From positions 23,250,001-23,314,000 of the forward strand of contig NC_043000.1 of the NCBI RefSeq assembly GCF_006345805.1: 64,000 nucleotides of DNA. Direction: 5' to 3'. This stretch comes from Octopus sinensis. Lineage: Eukaryota. Of the stretch, positions 1 through 11,730 are shown piece by piece. The notes beneath the pieces were generated by a model, which did no database searches, was not told where the DNA came from, and saw only the letters and a program-made list of their open reading frames with translations. Positions within the stretch are counted from its first letter, which is position 1. Each line of letters begins with the position of its first letter. The translations under genes and the position numbers were made by a program.

Positions 1-2900
1 CACAAGGGATCACATAAAATTACATTAAAAGACAAAAACAGGACGATACAAGGGGTTTTACAACGTGTAAACAATATAAATAACAATTAAAATTAAACAA
101 ATTAAAACTCTCAATAGGGGAGGCACTTGAAGGACCTCATGGAAAGACCCACAAAAGTCACAGCAAGAGCCCTTCTCCTTATTTTTTTTTGCAGGTGCAC
201 GCTCAGAATTGGTCCTTTTACACTCGTCATTCTTCCAGCATTCGACCACCTTTCAACAAACTTGCTACAAGGCAACACTAATAATAACAATAATAATAAT
301 AGTCCTTTCTACTATAGGCACAAGACCTGGAATTTATGGGGAGGGGGATAGTCAATGACATTGACCCCAGTATTAGACTGGTACTTAATTTATGGACCCC
401 AAAAGAACATTTTTACCTCTCAGAAAAGGGGATTCATATTATTCTGGCTTCTATCCTTGGACCAGTTTAGTATAGGAAACCCTACCAGGGGCTTGCACTC
501 AACTAGCATGGTTCTCAGGGTCAATGAGGAACACAAGCCACTACCACCTAACAAGAAGGAATGGACCTTATATTGGATGGATTTAACAGAAACCTACAAA
601 TCAGTAAACCATGAATACAGAGCAGGTGTGCAAGATGGTTTTATTGCCCTGCATATATCTCTAACAGGCTCAGTTGCTAGCACTTCTATGGCAATAGATT
701 ATAACAGGCAATGGAACTCTGTGACACTGCTAAACCACAGAATTTCCAAAGTTATCTCTAATTCTTGACCTTAACATCTTCTAAAAGAGATCATTCAGAC
801 TGTTCTTGTTGACATCCAGAAATGTTTCTTAGCCATTATCACTCACACCCTCTCCTAACTCTATAGAATGCAAGCTCTAAGCCTCCCCCAACTGTGTTGT
901 GCAGTTTGCAGAATGCAGTGAGCACTTGATAACATTTGAGTTGCTGTATGTTCAATTTTGATCTGCACTTGATCAGGACTGCAGCTCAACCAAAGAGATA
1001 AATTGCATGACTGGTGACCGTACCTGTCCACAACCATCATTTCCATAGTTTTGACATTTCTGCAGATACATAAGCCACAGTAAGTGCTTGTACATCTTCA
1101 GTGAAGGCATCCGCAACCCCACATCCTACCACTGAGTGAGTCTTGGCAGCAAGATGGATCTCTGAACCAGTGAAATCTGTCTCTCTATAAAAAGTAAAAG
1201 AGCAAGTTCTCCAATGTAGTCAGGTGTCTCCTGAGCCACCATGATGGCAATGTCATACCATGCATGTGTAGACATGGTTCTTCTTTGTTTCAGTTCCAAC
1301 AAGATGTCCCTCTGTTACAGATGTCTCTCTGTTACAGTAAGAGCTTCTTCTCCAAAACATACTGGAAAGAGAAGAGGAGGAAGCTCTCATAGACTGAACA
1401 TATGATTCAAAACAGTTCTGCAAGATGGCTGTTTAGTTTGACCATTAAACTGATACTGTTGTACATTGTAATAAGCTAGCTTCTAAAGACAAACCAAAAA
1501 CTGACAGTTCTTGGTGAAGCTGCCAGATAGCAACAGTTGACTTTGTTACCAGTACTTTGGACTGCTTCAAATTGATAAGCACCTCACTGAAACCAAGATT
1601 ATTTCTGACTCACTCTATAAAGTTTCACATGAAGTAGAAGCCTTTGTGACTAAATCACACAATTCTAAACATCTCTTTTGAAGAGAAGAACCGGTCTCTT
1701 ACCAAGCATCTTTGCAAACATTTTTCAACTCTGTGTTTAACCAAGTTGACTATTGCATCCCTTTTGTTCAAATATTTCCTCAGTAGTGTCCCCCACTCCT
1801 AGTTTATTGTCAGTTTGCAGACAAATGCCAAAAATATAGCACACATACTTATTTCTTTACTACCCACAAGGGGCTAAACACAGAGGGAACAAACAAGGAC
1901 AAACAAATGGATTAAGTCGATTATATCGACCCCAGTGCATAACTGGTACTTATTTAATCGACCCCAAAAGGATGAAAGGCAAAGTCGACCTCAGCGGAAT
2001 TTGAACTCAGAACGTAGCGGCAGACAAAATACCGCTAACGTTTCTGCCAGCTCTCTACCTTTAGCACGAATACCTGACATTTAGTAATATATCTCACCAG
2101 GCAGACTAACCAGTCCCAGCTATTTGCTCCTTATAGCTTAACTTGTCTGCTAATATGGACCTTTTCCAGCACTCTGCATCTTCATGCAAAAGTTGCAGTA
2201 GATCATTGAGGTAGGCATCAAAATTCACTGCCTTCACTTCATTCCTCCTCAGGAACAGTTTGACAAGACACTGTTGGAAAACAACACACATCTGCATGGA
2301 ATGACATAGTGCATCTCCACTGCAGTCTATTAGAAATCAAAAATATATCTTCATTACCATGCTGTGTGTCCTTTGTGTCCTCATGTTTCAGAGTATGCAC
2401 TCAAAGACAAACCACATATCCTTTGTGCTTCATGTCAAAGAAATGGTTTAAGGAGCATTCTTGTCACTAGCAACACATTATTTGCAGTATGTCTTCTATG
2501 CATCTCTTTTATTTAACTGCCAAGCTCCTCTTCTATTGTTTTCTATCACTACTTTGCTTAAGCTAACAGCTGTTGCTTAAGTTCTCTCTTTAGCCAGACC
2601 CACCGCTAGTTGATGATGGTCCCTGTCAATTCCTACTAATTTACTAATCCAGTCCCTGAAAACTTTTCAACTGAGAAAAATGCATTCAGGTTCTAGTAAT
2701 CAGGCCCCTGTTTCTTGATGTTGTCTAAGTTAACTGTATAGATTACAAATTTGTAAACTTGTCTGAAGACAAGATTGTGGACAGCTCACACTAAGCCTAC
2801 TGGCTCACCTGGTGTACACTCTATCATGACGATTCATGCTGAGTATCAGAATGCGATAACATGACTGTTGCTCAATACTGTGTGAAAACACTGTAAAGGC
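1..2900 (-). mobile_element. Highly decayed Tx1/L1-like LINE fragments, interrupted by SINEs
   Basis: C-terminus-like FVERWSNAGRMTSVKGPILSVHL near 190-270. EN-RT linker-like FDAYLNDLLQLLHEDAECWKRSILAD at 2106-2297. A plus-strand MDLTETYKSVNHEY (about 570-620) loosely resembles LDxxKAFDRVDH. Motif matches are weak. Confidence 0.4.
1848..2062 (-). mobile_element. Second tRNA-derived SINE family (Meta-domain-like centre)
   Basis: GAGCTGGCAGAA..GTTCTGAGTTCAAATTCC head and GTCGACTTTGCCTTTCATCC..GGGGTCGAT..AAGTACCAGT centre. Further copies at 10288-10505, 20055-20272, 28640-28812 and 32228-32460. The domain name is from memory. Confidence 0.8.
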
Positions 2901-2989
2901 TGAAAGATGTAACATAGATGGCTGCAACGGAGACTATGAAGTTGTGGCCAGCAGGCATTTTAACTGCATCTATTTGCCAGAATTCATCC

Positions 2990-3750
2990 AAAAATTGCAG
3001 GAATAGGATGATGGAAAATCCAAACAAGAGAATCCAGGCTTTGGCCAGACAGGTGTTGGAGCTGTCACCATGAAGTCAACCATGTATGAGGACCTTTGCT
3101 ACCACTTGTATAAGAGGTACAAGGGACAAATTCTGACAGCCAAGGCCAAGGAGATCTGCTTGACAAAGGCAAAGAAGCCCTTGGACAACCTGAGACATCC
3201 TGTTAAGCTGGGGATGATCTGGTTTTTCTCAGATGAAAAGAACAGGATTAGTTGCACAACACTCTGAACAGCAGATGGCTTGCCTACAATCCATGTGATG
3301 TCCCATGTATCATGGAAATGATGTTCATCCAGGCCATGATGGTCTTTGGAAGTGTCTCCAGTGAGGATGACAACAGGATCTTTGGCTCAATCCAGAGGGC
3401 CATGTGAAGCTGCTGGAGATTATGGTCAAACCTTGACCAGAGAGGATTGCTGCTGAAAGATCATATATGTGGCAGCAAGGAGTCAGTTCCTTATCATAAC
3501 TCCAGAATGAGTCAGAAATGGTTTTCAGAGAATTTCTACAACTTTATTAGTCCCAATTTCTGGCTTCCTAATTCCCCTGGCAGTTGAGAAAGACTCCACC
3601 AACTCTGCCTGCAACACAAAGGCTGATCTAGTGACCAAGTTCAAGGAAGTGTTTGAAGATCTTCCCAGGACACAGTGAGGAATGTATATGCCAGGTTCCA
3701 GGGTCATATTAAGTTGTGGTGGAAGCTGAAGCTGTCTACTGCAAGTAAAC
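2990..3750 (+). mobile_element. Tc1/mariner superfamily (maT/DD37D-like) transposase relic
   Basis: IWFFSDEKN, MMVFGSVSS, YMWQQ.SVPYHNSRMSQKWFSENF, FWLPNSP, LVTKFKEVFEDLP across shifted frames. Confidence 0.7.
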
Positions 3751-3995
3751 TGTTATCACACAGCCATAATCTAGTTGATATTTTTTGATTTTTTAAAAAT
3801 ACTTTTATCTTTGGATGAGATGTTGTTTTCTTTTCCTTTTATGCAAACTATCATATTTAGCCTGGATACCCTGTAGAGTGAAGCTTTTAGAGAAAGGAAA
3901 AGAGAAGTTGCAGCATTTGTGCTCCTTAAATGAATGCTTTAGAGATGGAAGGTATGAAATACTACCTAGTGACAAAAACTCGTTTATAGACTCAC

Positions 3996-4038
3996 CTCAG
4001 CAGGTTCTCGTAATGCTTGTCACCAAAAATAAAATGTC
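3996..4038 (-). CDS. Candidate 43-bp internal exon (GHFIFGDKHYENLLR), gene unknown
   Basis: Acceptor TTTCTTTTGCTTTAG and donor GAG|GTGAGT. Only one frame is open (phase 1 to 2). No homology recognised. Confidence 0.35.
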
Positions 4039-7020
4039 CTAAAGCAAAAGAAATATCTCTAAAAACTGATAATCTCATGCAGTTTCATTTGCTGCTTAAA
4101 GCTATTTCACTTCACTTATACTAATAGGAATAAACAAGAACATCACATTTTCCAATTCTGTTTCTTTGTAAAATACAATGCCATTGTGCCCTGAGAAAAG
4201 AAACCAATATTTATATCAATTCAATTTTTTTTTTGTTTATCAAAGTGGTGTGACTGTAGCAACGTTAGCACGCTAAATGCCATATGTTTCACTTCATCCT
4301 TTCGTACAGTTCTAATACTCCATGTATTTGGGTCAATTCAATTGATTAAACTTCCTTCCTACTCCCCTTCAAACCCGTGGCCTTGTGCTAATGTGAGAAA
4401 CCAATATAAACCGAAGAAAAAAATCAGCAACATTATTAATATATAATTTATCAACAAACAATAAAGCATAAACGAAACGTTTACATTATAAAACAACAAG
4501 GTCATGATTAAGTTCGTGTAAGCATCAAAAATGCTGATAAGAAATATAGTCAAAGAAAATAAGCATGGAGGAATTGGAGAATATCGATTTTATTATGGCA
4601 GCTTTCGTGACTGCCAGACTCCATTTATAAAATGGCTGTCGTTCGTAATTAGTTTATTGTGTAACATGTAGAAAACTGGGTTGTTAGTCCTAATTCAAAG
4701 CTATAGTTGAGTGTTCACTAATACTTCAGACGCAGATTTAAGTTCTCTAATCTACTGATAACTGTGGCAGGAGCTGTAACAAAAGAAATAAAATGTGACA
4801 AAATAATCTGCGACTGTGTCTGTGTGTGTGGTTTAAGCGTTTGTCGTTAAATTTCACGAACGGCCGCCATTTTTTTACTCTGTGTGTGTGTTATAATCTG
4901 GTCATGTCACAATTTCAATGCTTTATTATAAAATACGTATGGTTTGATAGGGAAGCTACATCAGTTTGAAGGAGGGTCGTGTGTGCTGATATTGACAGAC
5001 ATGGAACTCTCTCTTATATGTGATGAAATCTGGCTGCTTTAAAAAGCATTGTTTGACTGCGGAATAGTGGAAAGGGAACTAAGGAGGTGAGCAGATTTTG
5101 GAACGCCTGTCGGTGTGTATGGCAATGCTGTAAAGTGTTGGAGAGGTGGGATGAAGCAGTGATTTCTCCAATGTCAAGACAAAGAGGCGAGAGAAAGCTA
5201 ATGGAGACAAAGCATTTTAGAAAGGGAAAAAATCGTTGTTCCGTAATCTGCCTGCTTGCTGGCTTTGCTAGTCAGAGGTTGACTAAACAACACTGTGATG
5301 TGTAATTACGATTTATTTACAGCTGTCCTCGGATGCGGGCGTGTGTACGTGTCCAAGTCAGTATTATTGTATATTTTTGTTGTATTATTGGTTTTAAGTT
5401 AATTCCTCCACGAGGAAATGTGTAAAAGTCACATTTCGAATGCAGGCTGTTGGCTGTGCATGTTTGATAGTTCATCACTTTCACACCTTTAAATAAAAAC
5501 AAAACAAAAAACAAAATATAGTTTCTGATAAAAGAAGCTCTTGATATTGATCTATTAGAGAATATTTTTTTTAAGCTATAGTAACTGCTGAAGCTGAAGT
5601 ATTTCACAGCAGTTGTGGTTAAGCTACTTGACTCCACGAGCGAGTTTATATTTTTAAACAGAAATCACCATATTGCCCTAAGGTGGTGAAGAAACATAAT
5701 CTGCCTCCACTCTGCCTTGCTCGTGAAACAAAATACTCTATTCAAAGAATTTAGATTTTTAATCCCACAAATCTAAATAAAAACTTTCATTCAGTCACGA
5801 TCTTTATCTGCATTCAGTACTGTCTCTGCCTTTTTTTTTTTTTAAGCAGTGCCATGAAGCATTACAGGGTCTCAGAAGTTAATGGGAGGAAGGTATCTGG
5901 TACGAATGTTTGCAACAGAGTGAACCCTGCTAAATGCATCCAAAGTGCTAGCTAGTGGTGTTGTGCTGAGCAACAGATTAAGTCTGCCACTCGAGTAAGC
6001 ATACAGCTCGACTTTCTTGCAATTCTATCAATCATCATGCCAAATTGGTACAGTTTTATCGACTTTAAAAGGAAAGGTTTAACGTGAACAGGACTTGAAC
6101 GCAGTAAACGATGGGTCAGGACAAATATGGACGATTCGTGAACTAACGAAAAGCTTTAAATTGTTGAAAATGAAAACTTTCAAGAGAAAATCGCAGAGGC
6201 CACTTGACCAGATGTGGGTGAAGGAAAATACTTCAATCGCTGTCAAGATTTTATAAAAGCATTTTTTTGTTTGTCTTTGTTGTTCAAAGAGATATGAAAT
6301 GGTAGTGTCCATGACCCTTTTTCATGACTTCTAAAGATGTGTGACTGAGGGGTTTGGAGTAATACTCAGATCAGAGACTTGGTCTGAATGTTAAAGGCAC
6401 TCTAAGGACCAGGTGGTAATGTTACTGTAGCTATGTCTCCCACGTATTTTAAAACCATATTGTATGAAATCAAGCTGACAAGGGAGCCTCTAGATGCCAT
6501 TATGAAGTGGTTAATGTGGGCTGGGGTAGAGGTTAGTGGCACAGCAGCAATGAATGAGGAAAGAGAGATGGGCGTGCCTATGTGGAAGGTATGCTGTTAG
6601 TTCAGTAGGGCAGTTACTGTTGTAGTAGTGAGAGAATCAGCAGTGAGACAACAGAAAATCTGAAAACCAGATGTAGCGTGTTGCTATGTGAATCTATTAA
6701 TCAATTCCACCATCTTCTATTGAATGCATTTCAGTATGTTAGTGCGTGTTGCATTATCGTTGTTACAGGCATGGGAACTGTATTTCATTGTGGGTCTTAT
6801 TTAAACCTCGTGCAAGATCAGCAATTGGTCAGGGCTGAAATATTTTCTAACCTTAAAAGGTAGGTTAGTCTTTTTGATGCGTTTTGTACATAGAGTTGCA
6901 AGAAAAAATCAACAGAAATTGTAAGGTCTAGCATTTATAACTTTTGAGGGATTCACCCTTTTTATTACCATATTTCTATGAAAAAATATAGCTTTTATTT
7001 CAGTTTTTTAAATTATTCAG

Positions 7021-7189
7021 ACCCACTACACTCACGGAGTGGTTGGCGTTAGGAAGGGCATCCAGCCGTAGAAACATTGCCAGATCAGACTGGGCCTGGT
7101 GAAGCCGTCTGGCTTCCCAGACCCCAGTTGAACCGTCCAACCCATGCTAGCATGGAAAGCGGACGCTAAACGATGATGATGATGATGAT
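7021..7189 (+). mobile_element. 5'-truncated RTE 3'UTR copy
   Basis: GGAAGGGCATCC..CCAACCCATGCTAGCATGG..(GAT)n. Confidence 0.85.
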
Positions 7190-7210
7190 ATTAAATAACT
7201 TGGTCATGGG

Positions 7211-8070
7211 CACAGGAGTGGCTGTGTGGTAAGTAGCTTGCTTACCAACCACATGGTTCTGGGTTCAGTCCCACTGCGTGGCACCTTGGGCAAGTGTCTT
7301 CTACTATAGCCTCAGGCCGACAAAAGCCTTGTGAGTGGATTTGGTAGACGGAAACTGAAAGAAGCCCATCGTATATATGTATATACGCAGGAGTATATGG
7401 TCATGGGCGCAGGAGTGGCTGTGTGGTAAGGAGCTTGCTAACCAACCACATGGTTCCGGGTTCAGTCCCACTGCGTGGCATCTTGGGCAAGTGTCTTCTG
7501 CTATAGCCCCGGGCCGACCAATGCCTTGTGAGTGGATTTGGTAGACGGAAACTGAAAGAAGCCTGTCGTATATATGTATATATATATATATATAAGTGTG
7601 TGTATATATGTTTGTGTGTCTGTGTTTGTCCCCCTAGTATTGCTTGACAACCGATGCTGGTGTGTTTATGTCCCCGTCACTTAGCGGTTCGGCAAAACAG
7701 ACCGATAGAATAAGTACTGGGCTTACAAAGAATAAGTCCCGGGGTTGATTTGCTCGACTAAAGGCGGTGCTCCAGCATGGCCGCAGTCAAATGACTGAAA
7801 CAAGTAAAAGAGGAAAGAGGAAGAGGATATGTGTGTGTGTATATGTTTGTGTGTCTGTATTTGTACCCCCCCCCCAACATCGCTTGACAACCGGTGCTGG
7901 TGGGTTTACATCCCCGTAACTTAGCAGTTCGGCAAAAGAGACCAATAGAATAAGTACTAGGCTTACAAAGAATAATTCCTGGGGTTGATTTCCTTGACTA
8001 AAGGTGGTGCTCCAGCATAGCCACAGTCAAATGACTGAAACAAGTAAAGGTAAAAAGTAAAAGTAAAAAA
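7211..8070 (+). mobile_element. CORE-type tRNA-derived SINE (octopus OR2-like), head and tail each duplicated
   Basis: A-box/B-box-like GTGGCTGTGTGGTAAG..GGTTCAGTCCC, then CORE-like GCACCTTGGGCAAGTG, internal (TA)/(TG)n and a CAGTCAAATGACTGAAACAAGTAAAAG tail. The family name is from memory. Confidence 0.8.
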
Positions 8071-8588
8071 GTATTATTAAGTAAGTGTTTGGAACATAAA
8101 TTAATATAAAATTTTTATATAAGGTTTTAATTTAGATCACTTGAAAACAGGAAGTGTTTCAGAGAACTAGGAGTGGCATCAGATGGATTGCTATTAAAGC
8201 AGGTGGGGTAGTATCTTGCTTGGAAAAATAAGTAGGGGTTGGTGACAGGAAGGACATCCAGCTGTGGAAAATCTGTCTCAGTAAATTCCATCTGATCCAT
8301 GCAAGCATAGAAAAGTGAATGTTAAACACCGTGATGACAACGATGGTTGTGATGGTGTTGGTGGTGGTGGTGGTTGTGGTGGTGGTGGTGGTGGTTTATA
8401 TGTTCTAAGTGGTTTAATGTTCTAAGTTGTTTTAAATATAACTTCATTGAAATATGATGCTAACAAAACAGGTGCTATTTCCACCTCAGGGAATTATCAA
8501 GGATGTTGTAGGAGTTAAGACATTTTTAATGAGACATTGATTGAGTTTATTACTCCTTTAAAACTTCCTGTCTTGTTATCTTCTATAG

Positions 8589-8935
8589 CTGTGGCTCCCA
8601 AACTTTTTGGGGCTGCCACCCCGTTGACACCCAGGCCAAATTCCTAGTGCCCCCACCCCAACTAACTACCACAAACAAAGACCACTTTCTGAAGCAAATT
8701 CAAAGCAATTGTATTTCACAAATAAAACTTAACCTAACAAACCCATTATTTTGTTGATTTTACATGAATTACCACCAGGAGTGGCTGTGTGGTAAGTAGC
8801 TTGCTTACCAACCACATGGTTCTGGGTTCAGTCCCACTGTGTGGCAACTTGGGCAAGTGTCTTCTACTATAGCCTTGGGCCGACCAAAGCCTTGTGAGTG
8901 GATTTGGTAGACGGAAACTGAAAGAAGCCCGTTGT

Positions 8936-8968
<33 letters not shown>

Positions 8969-9311
8969 AATATATATATGTGTGTGTATGTGTGTGTCAG
9001 TGTTTTATCCCTCCAGCATCGCTTGACAACCGATGCTGGTGTGTTTTCGTCCCCGTTCGGCAAAATAGACCAATAGAATAAGGCTTACAGAGAATAAGTC
9101 CTGGGGTCGCTTTGCTCGACTAAAGGCAGTGCTCCAGCATGGCCACAGTCAAATGACTGAAACAGGTAAAAGAGAGAGAGAGTACCCCATTATTGCCCCA
9201 CTTTTTACATGAATCGCTACCCCGTTATCACTCCACTTTTCTTCAATGCTTCCTTGGAACTTTCCACCCACCCCTGGGGATGGGGAATACTGCCCTCTTT
9301 GGGAACCACTG
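8589..9311. mobile_element. hAT (Charlie-like) MITE with nested CORE-type SINE
   Basis: TIRs CTGTGGCTCCCAAA / TTTGGGAACCACTG. Perfect 8-bp TSD TTCTATAG at 8581-8588 and 9312-9319. Confidence 0.85.
8776..9185 (+). mobile_element. CORE-type SINE copy
   Basis: Same head, core and tail motifs. Confidence 0.85.
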
Positions 9312-9451
9312 TTCTATAGTGTCATGGAACCCTCTCTTCTAGGTAACGTTGTAGAATAGGTAACCCATTGCTTTTCGAAAGCATCTTTATAAGTTTGTCC
9401 CAAATATCCATGCTTTTTTTTTGAGACTTTAGTTACATTTGGCTCATACGT

Positions 9452-9900
9452 TCATCATCATCATCATCATTATTGTCTAACATCCGCTTTCCATGCTAGC
9501 ATGGGTTGGACGATTTTGACTGAGGGCTGGCGAACCAGATGGCTGCACCAGGCTCCAATCTTGATCTGGCAGAGTTTCTGCAGCTGGATGCCCTTCCTAA
9601 CGCCAACCACTCTGAGAGTGTAGTGGGTGCTTTTTACGTGCCACCGGCACGGGAGCCAGTCGGGCGGTACTGGCAATGATCTCACTCAAATCTTTTTACA
9701 CATGCCACCGGCACAGGTGTCGGTAAGGCAACGTTGGTAACGATCACGCTCAAATGGTGCCCTTTTACGTGCCACCAGCTTGGAAGCCAGCTGGCTGCTC
9801 TGGCAATGATCATGCTCAGATGGTGCTCTTAGCACCCTACATGCACGGGCACAAGTGCCAGGCACCCTACTAGCTCAGGCACAAGTGCCAGTAAGGCGAC
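9452..9900 (-). mobile_element. RTE 3'UTR copy with several modules
   Basis: Same family as 56130-56870. (CAT)n tail at the left. Confidence 0.85.
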
Positions 9901-10594
9901 AAATAATATAAAGCTTTTCTTTCATAAGGACAGGTAAAGGTGTAACAAAGATATCCTATGTATCACAGAAAAGTAACAGATTAAAACTGGGGATGAAATG
10001 AAGAGGTGGATTAAAAATGTCTGGAAATTTCTGCTCTAAAGAAAAAATACAGCAGCTTCAAGTAGCAGTAAAAAGTATTACTAAAAATATATGTTAAATC
10101 CATGAATTATTATTGATTTCTTTTCTCAAGGCTACAAAATTATAGAGGAGAGGCATAGCTGATTGACTTAAATCCCAGTTAGTGTGCTTAGTACTTGTTT
10201 TATCAACTGTGTCTGTGAGTGAAGACAGCATTTCTACTCATAATGAAGAAAGATGAAATTTAATATTATAGGGTATTATGAAAGCAGTGAAGCTGGCAGA
10301 GTTGGAACTGCACCAAAAAAAAAAAAAAACACTTAGTGGCATTTCTTCCAAATTAACATTCCGAGTTTAGATTCTCTTAAGGTCAACTTTGCCTTTCATC
10401 CTTTTGGGGTCAATGAAATAAATACCAGTTGAAAACTGGGGTCGATATAATTGACTTACTCCCACCCCTGGAATTGCTGGCCTTGTGCCAAAATTTGAAA
10501 CCAATATCATAGGGTATTATTTTGGTATTCTACTGTTTCTATCAACCCTGACCCCTTCTCTCTGTTCTATGCTAACTAGAATTATTATTATTAT

Positions 10595-11011
10595 ACTGAG
10601 GCATAAGCATGGCTGTGTGGTTAAGAAGTTTGCCTTCTAAGTTCTGGTTTCAATCTCACGGCATAGCACCTTGGGTATTTTCTACAATAGCCCCCAAGCT
10701 GATCAAAGATTTGTGAGCAGATTTGGTAGATGGAAACTGAAAGAAACCTCATCATGTGTGTGTGTATGTACGCTTGTGTTTCCTTGTCTTGATAGTATGA
10801 GGTAGTTATAAATGAGTATCACCATCATACAAGTGAAGTCCTTTGTTTCCAGTATTTTGTAAAGACATTTCTGGCCATGGGGAAGCATCACCTTGCTTGG
10901 AAACAAGTGAGGGTTAGTGACAGGAAAACCTGCCCCAACAAAATCTGTCTGGCCCCTGCAAACATGGAAAAATGAACGTTAATTCAACAATGGTGATGAT
11001 GATTGTTGCGA

Positions 11012-11030
<19 letters not shown>
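10595..11030 (+). mobile_element. CORE-type SINE variant with an RTE-like 3' tail
   Basis: Degenerate head and core, then ..GCAAACATGGAAAAATGAACGTTAA..(GAT)n resembling the RTE terminus. Confidence 0.65.
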
Positions 11031-11045
<15 letters not shown>

Positions 11046-11559
11046 GGTGGTGGTGTGCAGAATCTGACCCTGACCACCACCACTCTACATACAATCTGTC
11101 CTTAACAAACCTCTACTCCACAAACCATCTTCCCCCCAACACCTCCTTCTTCTCCCACCCACGCACACCACTGTATACACCTCACTGTAACTTGGGTGTA
11201 TGGCCCCTACCCATCCCCACCACATCTTCACCATCTTGTCTTTCTTTCTTTCTCTCTCCACTCCCTCAGGTGAGAGAGACTACTGCAAGACACCTATTTC
11301 TGCCCATCAATACTACCCCCCACCTCAGTTGAGGGGTCTTGTCTTGCAAGTAACTTGGTGACCTCACTACTGCTGGTGCTAGGTAAAAGCACCCTGTACA
11401 CTCTGTAAAGCTGTTGATGTTAAGAAGGGCATCCAGCCATAGAAGCCATGCCAAAAGCAGACAGTAGAGCTTGGTAACAGTCTTCTGATTTGCCAGCTGC
11501 TGTCAAACCATCCAACCCATGCCAGTATGGAAAATGGATATCATCATCATCATCATCAT

Positions 11560-11730
11560 GAAGAAGAAGAAGAAGAAGAAGAAGAAGAAGAAGAAGAAGA
11601 AGAAGAAGAAGAAGAAGAAGAAGAAGAAGAAGAAGAAGAAGAAGAAGAAGAAGAAGAAGAAGAGGAAGAGGAAGAAGAAGAAGAAGAAGAAGAAGAAGAA
11701 GAAGAAGAAGAAGAAGACGACGACGACGAC
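11560..11730. repeat. (GAA)n tract of about 52 units, then (GAC)n
   Basis: Direct reading. Follows (CAT)n at an RTE terminus. Confidence 0.98.

Noticed and set aside
4725-4773. Minus-strand exon candidate APATVISRLENLNLRLK
   Set aside because: Weak donor (GTATTA), and its phase is incompatible with the 3996-4038 exon.
7211-7290. tRNA genes (also 17150-17232 and 32858-32930)
   Set aside because: A/B-box heads of SINEs that continue into SINE bodies and do not close a cloverleaf.
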